The notes: generated by a model not told the origin, from the letters alone. Shown: positions 1 through 14,136, counted from the stretch's first letter. The stretch: 64,000 nt of DNA from Callorhinchus milii (GCF_018977255.1 NW_024704742.1:85252001-85316000); one strand, 5' to 3'. Numbers and translations are program-made.

Positions 1-160
1 CACCTTGCTCACACTCGCTCTTGAGCCTTACTTGTGAGGAACACTCACTGAAGTGAATTGCAGGTGGTGATGGTGGATCTATGAACTGTCCCTCAGCTTG
101 AATGATGAGTCTCCTCCAAATGATTGGGGAAATAACTAACCAAAGAGCGGAATTCTGTAA

Positions 161-478
161 AGGATGTTCACAAAGTCCTGTTACCCCCATGTTTTTTCTT
201 ACAATGCTGACCAACAACTGAAACATGTGGAAGAATAATGATAATTCTATTTAGGAGTACTTCACTGTGTTCAGTACAAGTGTTTAACTGTATTTAGACA
301 TCCAGAGGATCAGTGTTGGAGCGCCATCGTTTTCATGGCAGATAATGATCCGTCACCATGTTTGGTGCAACATCTTCCGTAACACGATGGAGTGAGGAGG
401 TGAAATGCATTTCTGACAACTTGTTTCAGCTCCTCTGTAGTCTCGTATCACTGTTTTGTAACGGGGTAACAGGACTTT
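161..478. mobile_element. Tc1/mariner-type MITE copy with terminal inverted repeats
   Basis: Left end AGGATGTTCACAAAGTCCTGTTACCCC and right end GGGGTAACAGGACTTT are inverted repeats. The same ~300 bp body recurs at 38921, 47477 and 51219. Confidence 0.75.
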
Positions 479-1541
479 CTAGTTATTAAAATGCGGAATT
501 TGTTGACTTGCAAGAGTACACAGTGAACTGTCGGGAGAATGGGATGTTTAGTGGGTTTTTCTGGTAACTATTCTGGGTTTGGTGCAGCATTGATGATTAG
601 CAATACAAATGAGAATTAGGTGGCAGGTTTGAATAGCTTATCTCAGCCAGGCAACAATTAGAACCACCGAGTTCCCAGTCCTAATTGCTGTCCAGAAACT
701 CTTTCTGGAAGATTGTGTGTGTTTGAGGACCATTTGTGATTTAGCCACACTGCCCCTTGTAGTAAATGATCCTACGCAGACAATGACAATGTCTGTCATT
801 GTCAAGACAATGGCAACTTGGACAGTTTCTATTGTCCGGAATTGTATCCCAACAAAAGGAAAGAAAATCAAAATACCTTGAGTGGAGGGAGATGATTGGA
901 AGACAAACAACAAGAATCCAAATGCATGCCAGAGTACGACAGAGAGGAAAACTGCGTCGGAAATAAAGAAATGGCAGACATAGTAAAACTGTAAATGCTG
1001 ATAAACTTTACTGTGAATACTGTTGTAAAAATGTATTTGGGCTTCTGACTGAAGGAAATTATTATACTCCTATGCTGCCGGCTTTGCAGTCAAGTTTCTA
1101 TTAATGTTAAATATGAAGTGCTCATGATTTGTATTGATCTGTCCTGGAGAAGTTGTTTTGCTTGATTGTGAGCTGCACTAACATCAGAGGATAAATTAAT
1201 TCAGTACACATCAGGCTGATAATTTAGCTTTTCCGAGAAAATCTGTTTCAGGTATTTCTCACATTTTTCAGGAGTACTTTCTGTGATTAAACCAAATTAA
1301 CTGAACAAATTGTTACTTGTAGATTTCCTCATTTTTACTAATTTGCTTTAAATTTGCACTCCTTCCTCTTCTCTTTGCCTCACCTCCCAAATCCTTGCCT
1401 CACCTTTAGGGAATGAGCAATTTTGATTAGGATTGTACCAAATATCTTCATTCCACTTAAGCAGATGAAATCGTATTATACTTTTATTTAAGCTTTCCTA
1501 CGGATCTAAATGTTGTCAAAGGTATGACCTTCTCCATGTTT

Positions 1542-2058
1542 TTTTTGGTCAGCCGGGTGTGACACATGCGGAAACTATCACCATACTTAAAAGTATCAAA
1601 ACCAAGTTGAGATTTCCATACATCCCACCTACACATTGAAATCCCAGAGAGAGATTGTTGGAATAGAGGAACCCATTCTGCTTACTTAATTCCTGAAAGT
1701 ATTAGTCACAAGTTGGCAAGTGCCAAGGCTTGGGGACCCCAAAGTGTGTGTTGGTACTGCTGGAGTCTAACCAGCTAAAACTGCATAGCTTGCCATTGAT
1801 ATTGCTGTCCAGCAAGCTTTCCCGCTGTTTGTCCCGCTAGGACCACCCTACCAGTTAGGGCTTTGGCCTGCAGGATTAATGAGAGCTGAGTGGGATGATT
1901 CCCTGTCCCCAGTGACTGGTCTGCCCTTCCAGGGCCTGCCAATGAGCCAGACTGGCTGTGCTGTCATCAACAGTGCCCTGGAGTACTGCAGACCTCGCTG
2001 GCTCAGGAACCGGACTAGTGAGACTGCCACAGAGGGCTGACTTGATGTTGACATTCCA
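1542..2058 (-). repeat. Unclassified dispersed repeat (family also at 13860, 23500, 45750, 49900, 56000, 58040, 58600)
   Basis: Reverse complement of 23577-24097; shared motifs include GGCAAGAGCCAAGGCTTGGGGACCCC and CCACAGAGGGCTG. Confidence 0.75.
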
Positions 2059-2092
2059 TTGCCGGATAGGTTGGGGGCAGATTTAGTAAACT

Positions 2093-2293
2093 ATAATAAT
2101 AATAATAATCCTTGCATTTGATATAGCGCTTTTCACCTCTTCGAGACTTCTCAAAGTGCTTCACAGAATATACTATAAAGTGAATTGACTGTATATTTGT
2201 GGACAAAATACGGCAGCCAATTGCGCACAGCAGGGTCCCACAAACAGTCGTTGGTTGAAGTGACCAATTTATTTTTTTCTGAGGGATTATTAT
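2093..2293 (-). mobile_element. 3' part of the tRNA/Deu-domain SINE
   Basis: (AAT)n-CCTTGCATTTGATATAGCGC tail followed by the GGCAGCCAATTGCGCACAGCA core. Confidence 0.85.
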
Positions 2294-2417
2294 CAAACTA
2301 ATGTAGGTTCTGAGCAGGCATCAGTTTGAGTAATATTGTGGTCATGTGGAATGACGTAGCAGCACTTTAGATTACTTGTTTGAACACAAGTCTGTTTCTC
2401 TTATTTGCATCTCAAAG

Positions 2418-2570
2418 GTACCAACCAATGTGGAAAAGTGCCAGGACCGCGTGGAGTGCTTCAATGCTGATCTGAAAGCAGATTGGGATCGATGGCAAAA
2501 TAATAAGAGACAAGACTTCCGGCAGCTGCTGACTGGAATGTCTGACAAAAACATTCAGTATTATGAGAAG
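2418..2570 (+). CDS. SNX30: Sorting nexin-30, penultimate coding exon (BAR domain C-terminus)
   Basis: ctcaaag|GTA...GAGAAG|gtattg, 153 bp, phase 0. Encodes [51 protein letters not shown], matching the recalled vertebrate SNX30 C-terminus. Confidence 0.93.
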
Positions 2571-2577
2571 GTATTGC

Positions 2578-3387
2578 TTTGTGAGATGTGAGGTGGTACA
2601 TTTTGGTTGAAGGAATAAGGAAGTCACATACATCCTGGAAAGTAAAAACCTAAATGGGGTAGAGGAGCAAAAGGACCTAGGGGTGCACATACACAATTCA
2701 CTAAAAGTAGCAATTCAGGTTAATAAGGTCATATAAAAGTCAAACCAGGCATATTGGGGTTAATTTCTAGAGGGATAGAAATATAAAACAGGGAAGTTAT
2801 GGTAAACTTCTACAGAACCTCGGTTAGACCACACTTAGAATACTGTGTGCAGTTCTGGTCCCCACATTATAGAAGGGGTGTAGAGCCACTGGAGAGGGTG
2901 CAAAGGAGATTCACAGAGATGATCCCAGAACTGAGAGGTTATATCCATCAGGAAAGGCTGAACATGCTTGGACTCTTTTCTCTTGAAAAGATGAAGGTAA
3001 GGGATGACGTGATAGAGGTCTTTAAAATGATGAAAGGTTTTGATAGGGTAGACATAGGGAAGATGTTTCCACTTGTGGGGGAGACCAAAACCAGGGCCAT
3101 CAATATAAAATAGTCACAAATAGATCAAATAAGGAAGTTAGAAGAAATTTCTTCACACAGAGAGTGGTGGGAATGTGGAACATACTACCACAAGGAGTTA
3201 TTCAGGCAAATAGCATAGATGTGTTTAAGGGGAAGCTAGATAAGGGAGAAAGGAATAGAAAGTTATGCTTGAAGGTTTAGTTGAGGAAGGGTAGGAAGAG
3301 GCTCATGTGGAGCATAAACACCGGCATTGACCAGTTGGGCCACATTGCCTGTTCTGTGCCGTATGTTCTAATGTATTCTAATGTATT
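2578..3387 (+). mobile_element. CR1 LINE 3' fragment
   Basis: ORF2 C-terminal remnant (VRPHLEYCVQFWSPHY...LERVQRRFT) and an (ATTCTAATGT)-type tail. Confidence 0.9.
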
Positions 3388-3886
3388 TTGAGCTGTTTGT
3401 TTGGAATCCATGGTCTATCTTTGTTCACGTAGGCTGGTAAGTTCTCCAATGTGCTGTATAATAATAATCCTTGCATTTGATACCGTGCCTTATCACTTTG
3501 TCAAGACACCTCAAAATGCTTCACAGGATATACTGGCCCTGTGTATTTTGTGGGCGAAATGCGGCAGCCAGTTTGTGCGCAGCAATGTCCCACAAACAGC
3601 CATGGAGTGAGTGACCAATTTTATTTTGGGGATTGTTAGCCAGAACACTGGGAGAGAGAGACTCCTTTTTTCGAATAGTGCCCAAATATAGGTGACATTC
3701 TCTAGTACTGTTCAGTAAATTGAGAGATTTTCAGTAGTTCTGCAAATTCAAACCTCTATTTTGACCAACACATTTAAATCTCATGATTTGTGCCCATTGG
3801 ACCTTTCTGCGAAAGGTAGCATGTTATAAATGGTGGTTCTTTTGAGCTCCTCAGTACTGACTGATTAAAATGATTTTGTCTTGCAG

Positions 3887-3961
3887 TGCCTTGCAGCGTG
3901 GGAATCGATTGTTCCACTCCTACAAGAGAAGCCAGATGCTAAAAGTGAAGCCCACTCCTAG
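3887..3961 (+). CDS. SNX30: Sorting nexin-30, last coding exon
   Basis: ttgtcttgcag|TGC CTT GCA GCG TGG... encodes CLAAWESIVPLLQEKPDAKSEAHS*, TAG at 3959-3961; in frame with the previous exon. Confidence 0.92.
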   Translation, partial: CLAAWESIVPLLQEKPDAKSEAHS

Positions 3962-6900
3962 TCAACTCTTTAATGTTGCTTCCTGTTTGGGCTGTTTTGC
4001 CTCTTCACTTGCCCAGTTCACAATACTGGAACACTGCACTTTGGGGAAAATCTAATCCACACAGTTTTGTACATAGCTGTAGGTAAACACCACATGTACT
4101 TGGACTTTCTGTGGAATGTGCGCACTCTGCTCAGTACAAGTTTGTCTTGTCAGCACAGTGTTATCTAAATTCACATTTGCCGTGGTTCGCTGAGTGCTGC
4201 TTCCATTCAGTACTCCAAACAGTGAAGGTGGTGTTGGAGGCCATCTGTTGATTAACATGATTGTGCTCTTTTTGGACTCTTGTTGATTTATCTTTATCAC
4301 GTGCACACATCATTGGGCATTTAATATTCTGAGCATCCTGGTGTAATGGGTTGTATTTCTATGGAGCTGTTTATAGGGACTTGATAGACTTTATACAAGT
4401 GGTGATCCGAGATTGATGCAGCTGAGCTGTGGTGGATTACATATAAAAGGCTGCCAATTGCATTAGAATGAGGACAGTAAGTTAAAGATTTTATAGAAGC
4501 TAATAGTTCCTTTTCTAAAAGTAGTCCCAATGTAATTTAAGCTGACTGTCCATCTCGTGGGCGGTGCTTTTCATTTACTGATTATACCACTGAGTGAATA
4601 CTAACTCATGAAAAGGTGAATCACTTGGAGCAAACCTTGTATTGGTGAAGATGTTTTCCTGCAAACATGTGTTTGAGCAATGAGGGCATAACGTGTTTAG
4701 TCTTTACCCCATGTACTTCTTGTTAGGGTTGTTTGTGGAATACAGCAGGTACCTTTTATCCAGCTGCTGACTTTGTCATTCATGTACCATTCCTCGAATC
4801 CTGATTGCCATGCCCATTTTCACAAGTCTCCCTTTTGTTTTGTGAGATTGACGTATTTCGATAGTGTCTCATATGCAAAGCATGATTCATCTTGTAAGAA
4901 CTGAGGTTGTTTTATAAAGTCATGCCTTATATTAAATGTGATTGCCAAGGTTGTGTTGAGAAAGCGTCCTCACTCATAGCTATGAAGACCATCTTGTGTG
5001 TGACTAATCTGAGATCTAGGATGCTTAATGATGGTGAGATTTTCTTAACTGCCAGGTCACCCAGCAAACAAAATAGTTTTTTTTCAAAAGTGCCTTCATC
5101 ATGTGATGTTTTGTATAACCCAAGAAATTTAAATTATAGCTGCTTGAGAATTTCTTTGGGCAACATTTGTAAATGTACTGAGAAATGGTCCCTGCCTGCC
5201 TTGTTTCATGGCTGCATTAAACTTTCTTAAAACCAATGGAAGAGTAACCAAGTTAAATCCAGTGAAATCTGGTTTGCTATGCCTGTTGTAATGTAATGGG
5301 ATCAACATTCTCTAACGTTCTAATTGTTAGATTTTTGAATTGCATTTTTTCATATGAATGAATGCATTGCACAGCCTTATTAGGGGAGGCCATGTGGGGT
5401 AAAACCAAGATTGAAGGTGTTTTGTATTTTTGTTTACAACACTATGGTTGTGGCTTTGACTAAGTGTTGCTTCATGTGCATGATTATTGATCCCTCCTAA
5501 GTCTAACTTGTAAATAATGTAGACTTGGTGGTCTTGTACCTACTAAACCTACAGTATTAGAGCAACCCTGCATTTTGTGAATATATTAGCGCATAATTGA
5601 AGAAGGATATTAAATAGCAATCCTTTTGAGCCTAGGCTGTCTCAAGAGGTCACTTCCAAAAGTACCTGGTTGTATTCCTACAAAAGCCAAAATGATTTGC
5701 AAACTGTTTCACTAATTTCCCTCTCTCTTGAGCATGAGTTTCTTCAAAGCTTTCCTGAAGTATGATGTTAAGTTGGAACATGCAACATAGCGATTTTGGC
5801 AGCACCAACATGGGAGCAGGACCTATGTCCTCGCAGTTGGAGAGTTGTTGTGAAAAGACCTTTTTTTTTAAAGAGAGAAGGGAAAGAAGCTCCTAATCAG
5901 CACTAATGGTTTCAGGAATATACCCTTTCCCAAGGAAAATCAGAAAGAGCTCAGGGTGAGTCCCTTTGGTGACACATCAATGAATATACGAGTATGTTTC
6001 TAGAGTAACCTCAAACAAGGCTTTAAGTTATTCATTTAGAAATGTTGTTGTATTCATTACAATTCATACGTGCAGATGAAAATTGCATTTTCATGACATT
6101 TTCTAACACCAATTGATGAAATGATGAAAACTTGAGATTGATTTGTTAACCCATAAAGGTCAACATGTCTGTGGAAAATAAACTGCTAAAACAACTTTAA
6201 AATTATGTATGCAGTGAGGAAGTATAGAACCGTGTTACTAAATGTCCTCTCTCTGTCCTTCCAAGTTAACCTGGTGCTAACTGTTGACCATGGTCTTAAA
6301 TTGTTTTACTGGACTTGTAGTTAAAGCTGTGATGGCCCATATTACTGAAGTGCACTTTGAATGTACTTGGAATGCATTTGTTCTGCAGAGAATGTGATGC
6401 GTAATCATGGAACTAAAATAGCTAAGTGTGTTTGAATGGTTATTACCATTGTGTCTATAAAGGAACTGGAACTGTATCTGGTACAGCAAAACCTGCCAAT
6501 AGTGGTGACCTTTAAGGGATAATCTTGCTAATGGACAAATGGTATTATGTAGGAATCTGTCTGAACTATTCATTTCTAGATTTCAATGTTTCCGGATATC
6601 CCTGAGAACTTAGTTTGATCAACAAGCAATGTACAGCATGAAAACTGAATACATTCAGATTTTCTTCAGGTTCTGTGGATCATAACAGCCTTTCAGATAG
6701 TTTCTAATATAAGACTTGCAATGTCTTCAATTTATAATTATCTGTAGAATTTTGAGCCTTGCTAGTGGTTGATTTTTAAATAACTATTCCTCATTTCTGT
6801 TTGATTGATTATTGTGAATTTTAAAGTGTTCAGCTTTGAAATAAATCATGAAGGAACTAGCATACAGTAAGATTAATATTGCACACTACTAACTTTTATT

Positions 6901-9900
6901 TAGGTACAGTATTTAATTATCTCTTTCCGTTGCCCACCCACATGCAGATGTCTGGTCCTGTACTTGGACATCACCACTCTAGAATAGATGTCTTATCTCA
7001 GAATTAATGGCCCTGACCACTACTGAATAAATTGGAATTAAATGTTCACATTGTGGGTGTCATGGTTTGCCTTGCCTTCCAATTTATTCACAATGTTATT
7101 GTGTAATGTCTCCTTGAGCATCTGTTCAACAAACGTTTATCCAGACACCAATTCATTCCTATGTTAATGAGAAGAAAGTGCCATCTGTCATTAGGTGAGA
7201 GACGTTGACACCAGTGCTAAGAAGCTGAACTCCGTTTAGTTTGTACTGCAAAAGAAAACCCAGCTCTCTGCACGAGTCAGCCGCAGGATTCCAGGGAGGT
7301 CTGTGAAGATAAAATGCTAGATTAATATTTTAGGAGGGGAGAAAGGGGGTAGGGCAGATAGACCGGTAGGTGTTTGACATTCCCACTGCACACATCGGGA
7401 GAATATTTATTTTAATTTGAACACTTGAGTAAAGGGAATTTGGGTGTTTCCTGTAATATCCCCCCCCCCACCCCCCCGCCTCCACCTTTCCACACTGAGA
7501 GCACAGATTGGACACTTCTTCCCATGCCATAGCTGATGCCCCATTAGCACCAACTATTTGGAAGAATAGAAAATGTCCCTTCTTCACTCTGCCTTTCTCA
7601 CTCTTTGTAGGCATGTGAATGGCTTTGGGATGTTTACAGACCATTACACGCATGCCTCATCATAGCTTTCACTCACTTAATTGCTTTGCCAATAATTAAT
7701 ACAGCAGTTTGCTGTTGGAGCTTGTTAACTTTTTCTGTTTTTTCAGCCCCTTCCAAATTTCTAGTTCTGTATGAATTAAGTGGTGCCGGGTACGTTTTTT
7801 TTACACACACACTTCCTCTCTGTACTGCTTGGCTCGGTTTAGTGGCTCTGCTGGACTGATTAAACTCTCCAGTTCAATTAACTTATTTGACTAAAGAAAG
7901 TGACATAGAACTAGCACATTTTTGTGGAGCTTTAAAGCTGTTAGGTTTCCCTTGGTTTGTGCCCTCTTTGTAAACTTCAGTCCAGAAGACAAATTGAATA
8001 CCAGTTGAGTTTTGGGTTATATGTGTACAAGATTAAAAGGCTAGTTAGTGGCAGCTTTGAGTACACTTAGGAATTAAAGGTGGAGCTGTGCTGTCATGTT
8101 GACTTTTCTGGTGAATATTTTTGGGGTTCATTTTTCCTAGAACTGTAGTTGATGTTCAATGGTATGGTTTGTCTCCAGACTTTATATATTAAAAAAATGA
8201 GGCTTTGTGCAGTATGTGTTGCATTATTTAGCAGAACATAGTTTCCATCCTCCTTAAAAATAACACTGGGTGATTTATTTTGAAACCATTATTTGCACTC
8301 CTTCAAATCAGGAGTACTTGGTAATTGTGCCATTGAAAATGTCTTTTAAAATGTCACTGACCAGGTGTTAATGGTGAGGACATTTTCTTGCACAGGAATT
8401 TTAAATGATTGGACTTGTGTAGGATGTCCAACATTTCTGTGTGCGGAAGAAAACTTGCCATTCAAATAGATACTTTTCCAGTAGTTTCATGCATACTTCA
8501 TGAAATACTGTCGAGTCTTCATGTTTTGTGAACTGTAAAAATATGCAGCAAGTACAGCGGGAGGGGGAGTAAACAACTTGCACATTTTTAGATACATTTT
8601 CCAGATTCCATTGCAATGCAGCCAGTTCAAAGTAGATGCAATATGTTCTGTAGTGACCAAAATAAGGGAAGCAAGTATTGATTGTTTTTTTTAAAAAAAA
8701 GCTATCCCAATAGACATTTAAGTAAATGTGAGATTCACTTCCCTTTCCACCAATTAAATGATTTGGTTTGCATGCCTATTTAAATGCAGTACATTTATTT
8801 TACCAACATTTAATAACCAATAACAGTTGTTACATCTGAAGATATTCTGACTACCTGCCTAGTTTGTGCTAAGATTGGTAACATTTCATCCATTCACTGA
8901 AAAACATCTCAGAGCAAAGATTAGAGAATATGGGTTAAATAAGGAATTTGTAATGCAAGCAATTTGAGTTTTGAAATTGTTCAAACATGCTAAAGTGTAC
9001 TGTAGTGTCCATAAACCTTTTCTTAGGTGAGTTATAGTTTTTGGATGTTATTCAATGAATATGAAAACCATGAAGAGAATGATCAAAATAGTTTCCTGAT
9101 TTCAGTGTTGTTAGATGACCATTGCATGTATCTGAAGTTCTTCAATAAGGGAGAGACCATCTCTTGATATTGATTCCCATCCCCTTTTCCCAATCACAAA
9201 ACAGGACAGATGATATTTCAGATCTAGTGGAAGCTACAGAATAGTAGTGAGAATGTTTCTCCTTGCCTCCACCCGACTCTGTGCCTACCCACATTTGCAA
9301 TTGACTGCCTGGTGGTTGAGGATTTGTAGCCATGGTCGGGATTTTACACCAGAAAGAGAGAATAGGATGGTGTCTATCTTCCAAAGCCTGTAGTCCAATA
9401 ATCTTGTTTCCATTATTCTGACTGAGATGGCCGATTCATAGAAACATGATCCTAATACTGACTATTAAACTGAGCTGGGATGGATAAGAGGGATAGCATT
9501 TATCCATCTTAAGTAAATGTCAGTTTTCTTTTTGTTGCTGTAGTAAAAAGGACAGCATACATGCCCAGTGCTTTGAGAAACTGAAAATGTTGTTGCCTCC
9601 AACTTAGGTTCCTGACTTCATTTTTTCTGAGGACCGTGTTTGTGTGTTACCTCAGCCTGTGGCTCTGCTTGTCCACTATATCAACTGCTGAGGTAGAGTT
9701 GATGTTTGCTACTTACAATTGAAAAATTAGGGTCAAGATCTGCAATTATTTAACTGAACAAATTGTCCTTGCCCACCATTTAATGAAAGTCCTTAATCTA
9801 TTTAGCTACATTCGTGTTCTGAGAATTTGGGGAGTGTGGGGGGGGAATGTAGATATGAGCCTCACATATTATGAAGAATTGCACATTCATATATGGGCCT

Positions 9901-10955
9901 ACAGTTACAAGCACTGCTTTCAAGTCATTGCTTTTACTTGCCAATATAGTATCTCAATTCAACTTGCCATTGAAACTTTCATGTGATCAACACTAATTGA
10001 GAGCATTTAATTGAGAGCCAGCTCCTGTGTTTTCAGTGAGCTGAAATCATCAGTTGCTTGGCCTTATGTGCTGAAACTGTTTTTGAGGAAGCATTTGCTA
10101 TTGTGTCTGACTGCATTTCAAATGTTAACATGACAGGAGTATTTTTGCATTTTTATTTACAACTAAAATAAGCAGGTGGCTTGGAAAAGTGGAAAAGTAC
10201 ACCTACAATGTACAGTGACTGCACTTTACAGTACTGTGAAGCACTTTGAGTGTTTTAACATGATCAGGTACTATTTCAAATGCAAGGATTATAAAGGATG
10301 GGAATTCCCTAATAAAACCAGACAGATTCCAGCACTGGAATTTCATAATGCATTCATGTGCTTTAACCAGCAGATTACTGTTTTGTTTCTTTGATGGAGG
10401 TTTGATTGTAATACTTTTTTGTGGGGGAGAGGAGAAAACACATCTGTGAATGTTGAATACAATATTAAAGTTCTACATTTAAGCTTTTTTTTTCGATGTT
10501 TTTTTTGCACTAAATGCTTTGTATAATGGATTGGCAGAGCTGTAAAATGCTGCCCATTTGAAGTAGAAAATAGTTTTCTCCGATGCAATTTGTAAACTTT
10601 TATTTGAAGTTGTACTACATTGGTTATGTGTTGAAACCTTAGCATCTATTTGGCTGCCTTCTAGCTATAGTAAATTCTTGTGCTGTACTGAAGCTACTCA
10701 CTACTCTTCCTACAGTTTTATTGGCTGGCTGTATATTTACTGTTCTGCACCTGTGATGCTAGTCAGTTTAATTTTGCCCTAAGTGATATGTGGTTGCATT
10801 TGTTTGCGATGGGACATGTATAAACTGTATGTACATTATATAAACTAGTTTGGAAAAAAAACTACAAAATGTTGCGTATGTTTTTGATATTGCAATTATC
10901 TTTACCTCAACTGATTTTAAATATTGGACCAATAAAATATAAAGCATTTAAGTGT
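3962..10955 (+). other. SNX30: Probable long 3' UTR of SNX30
   Basis: About 7 kb of AT-rich sequence almost free of the SINEs/LINEs that fill the rest of the window. It ends at AATAAA followed by a GT/T-rich tract. Confidence 0.6.
10931..10936 (+). terminator. SNX30: Candidate polyadenylation signal of SNX30
   Basis: AATAAA with downstream GTGTTCTGTTGTATTT; repeat density rises immediately afterwards. Confidence 0.55.
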
Positions 10956-11519
10956 TCTGTTGTATTTCATGATTAACAATTGCCAATGGGCTTTGTTGCT
11001 GCCAGATAGGTTTGAAATGTGATCACTGGCAGAATATGTAACTCCACCACCCCCCTCTTTCCCCATCAACTTCTGATTGATTCTCTCATCTCCTTTGTAG
11101 TGTTACCAGGGTGGTGATCCATTCCTGACTGCTACTAGATTTCGCTATCCCTAACAAATAGTCTGAGAACAGAGAATTAACTTTTCCACTCAGCCCATTG
11201 TAGTTAAATTATCTGAGCAGGAGCTCAGATTGCTTGGAACCACTGGCGAGACCGTATACATAATGACTTGGACTCAGATATAGGAGGTGAGGTCTCAATT
11301 GCAGATGATGCAAACTACGAAGGGGGAGGGGGGTCGGCATTGTAAACAATGAAGAGGAATACAAGGCAAAACCTAGCAGCAGTGGCAGACAGGTTGCAAA
11401 TTAAATTTAATACAGGAAAATAATAAGTAATTCACTTCTGCTGGGGGGGGAAAAAAACATTTATTGCCTAGATCAGTGGTGGCCAACCTTTTACGTCAGC
11501 TAACCAACTAATTTTTTTC

Positions 11520-13165
11520 TTGATTGATTTTTTTCTTCAAAAATCCATCCTCGATCCCTCTAGCTACCATATCATTACGAACTTGCCTTTCCTTGCTAAA
11601 GTTCTGGAATGCATTAATAATAATAATAATAATAATCCTTGCATTGTGGAGTCCTGTAGCTCAGTGGTTAGAGCACTCGCTTTGCAAGTGAGAGACCTGA
11701 GTTCAATTCCAGGCAGGGCAAATCCTTGGGCAAGTTTCCTTACTCCACATGCCTAATAATCCTCCAAAACAATAATAAATTGGTCATTTTCAATCTACGA
11801 CTGTTTGTGGGACATTGCTGTGCGCAATTGGCTGCCGAGTTCGCCCACAAGTATACAGTCAAATCACTTTACAGTGTGTTCTGTGAAGCGCTTTGGGACA
11901 TCCAACGTGAAAAGCGCTATATCAAATGCAAGGATTATTATTATTGCATTTGATATAGTGTTTTTCATGTCTTCTCGACGTCTCAAAACGCTTCACAGAA
12001 TAGACTGTAAAGTGAATTGACCGTATATTTGTGGGCGAAACATGGCAGCTGATTGCACACAGCAGTTATTATTAGATTATTGCAAATCAACTTGACTCAC
12101 ATTTCCACTCCCTATTCGAGCACCACTAGTCTGGTTTCCACTCTGCCCACAACACAGACAATGCTTGTCAAGGTCACAAATGACAGAGAAAGAGAGATGT
12201 TCTGTGACCAGGACTTCCTCTGCCTACTTGTCCTCCTGGACCTCTCCGCTGTAGTTGACACAGTCAATCACACCATCCTCATTCACTGCCTCTTCATCAT
12301 ACACCTCAGTGGGACCGCAGTCACATGGTTCAAGTCTTACTTAACCAACCGCCATCACTTTGTATCCACAAACATTTTTTCCTCCTGCCCTCACCCACCC
12401 CAGTAACCTGTGGCATACCGCAAGGCTTTATCCTTGGCCCCCTTTCCTCATTTAAATGCTCCCTTTTGGCGATGTCATCCGCAGAAATGAAATACACTTT
12501 CACATAACTGAACGTCAACAAGACGGAAGCCATATTCCTTGGCTCCTGTCGATGTCTTCTCTCCTGTGGCTTTGACCTCCTCAACCTCCCAGGCCTTTCC
12601 CTAAGATCAACCGAACCTGTACCCTAACTCTGGGCGTATGGTTCAATCCTCAGCTTTCCTTCCTACCCCACATCCGGTCCCCAATGAAGTCCGCTTTCCT
12701 CCACCTCCGCCACATTGCCCACCTCCGACCAAACCTTACCCCAAACGCAGCTCAAACCCTCGTCCATGATTTCATCACTTCCTGCTTTGACTATTCATGC
12801 CATTCTCTAACTGTCCACAAAATCCAACAAATTCAGAACTCTGCCATCTGTATACTACCCGACTCTAAACCATACCCCCATCACACTAGTCTAGTCTCAC
12901 ACCTCACTAGTCTCCACTGGCTCACCATCACAGAAAGGATCAATTTCAAGATCCTCACATCTGTCTACAAATCCCTTCACATCCTGCGTACTCCCCACTC
13001 TGCCACCTCCGCTCGGCTATCCCTGGCCTCCAGCTCATCTACTCCGCTCCACCATCAGCGGCCGTGCTTTCAGCCATGATGTCCTGAAACTTTGGAACGC
13101 TTTGCCTTTCCCCTCCTTCCCCTTTTTCAAATCATGCCCGAAGACCTTCCTCTTTGACCGATCAC
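11520..13165 (+). mobile_element. Degenerate L2-clade LINE fragment interrupted by nested SINEs
   Basis: RT remnants LVKVTND..LVLLDLSAVVDTVNH, GIPQGFILGP and LHWL...RINFKIL. Confidence 0.85.
11648..11945 (+). mobile_element. Full-length tRNA(Ala-like)-headed Deu-domain SINE, short variant
   Basis: Head GGAGTCCTGTAGCTCAGTGGTTAGAGC...GAGTTCAATTCC (A and B boxes), core TGTGGGACATTGCTGTGCGCAATTGGCTGCC, tail AAATGCAAGGA(TTA)n. Confidence 0.9.
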
Positions 13166-14136
13166 CCCCCCAACCACCACCACCTCCAGCTCGGTGTAAA
13201 ATGCCCGAGCCACTGCAGTTTAATACTTGATGCAGCTTCCACATTATCAGTTCTATCCAGCTCTTATAAAAATGCTTTTCTAAAGTAATCAGCAATCTCC
13301 TCAAAGCCTCCTCTTTGCTCATGCCCTCGGTGCCTTATACATTTCTCTCACCTCTTGTTCTGTGTTTCCCCAGTCCTATTTCTAAAGCATTTTGATCATA
13401 TTCATTGAACCAGATGTTCCCAGAAATAATGTATGCAAGGTGGAAATGTTGGTTTCTAAGGTAACCAACCACTTGGCATGAAAAATTATTCAAGGATCTC
13501 TCTATGTTGAATGAATGCCATGGTTGCAGAGCAATAGTTGATCAAGGCTAAATTAACTCAGTTTGTTTTTGTTATTAGCGGCTGATTGAAATGGAAATAC
13601 AGCAGAGTATATTTATTTGGCTACAAATTAAGATAGGTTACAGTCCTAGAAATATGTAACTAGTGCACACAATCAGTCAAACATCATGAAGCCCACTTTG
13701 TGTTGCTTGACAGGAGAAGCAGAGTGCACTGTGCAATCATTTGTTTCATATAAGCTTTGTTGAGATGTTCCCCCGTTGTGAAAAGTAACATGTAAATTGT
13801 ATTGTTAGCGGGGCTGCTGAGTTGTGTATCATATACTTTACAGTTGTTAGATATCATCCAGTGACTATCCTCTGAGGGGGGAGGTAATCATGGTCTCCTT
13901 GGAACTAAACTGGGCAACAGAATGTCAGAAACGAACCAACTCTCTGTGGCGGTCTTGAGTCAGATGTGTCCTAAGTACTATTGTAAGGGCACTGCTGATC
14001 ACAGCCCAGCCAGCCTGGCACATTGATAGGGCTTGGAGGGTTTACTAGAGGCAGGAATTTGTCTCACTCAGCCCTGTAATTCTGCCTTTCTGACTCTTTG
14101 AAAGAACTATCCAACTTATCCCACTCACTCACTGTT

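Noticed and set aside
3870..4055. 61-aa ORF overlapping the SNX30 last exon
   Set aside because: Wrong frame; the spliced frame starting at 3887 matches SNX30.
11648..11720. tRNA-Ala(TGC)-like gene (also 28260-28333 and 56532-56605)
   Set aside because: It lacks a proper acceptor stem and always continues into the SINE body, so it is a SINE head.
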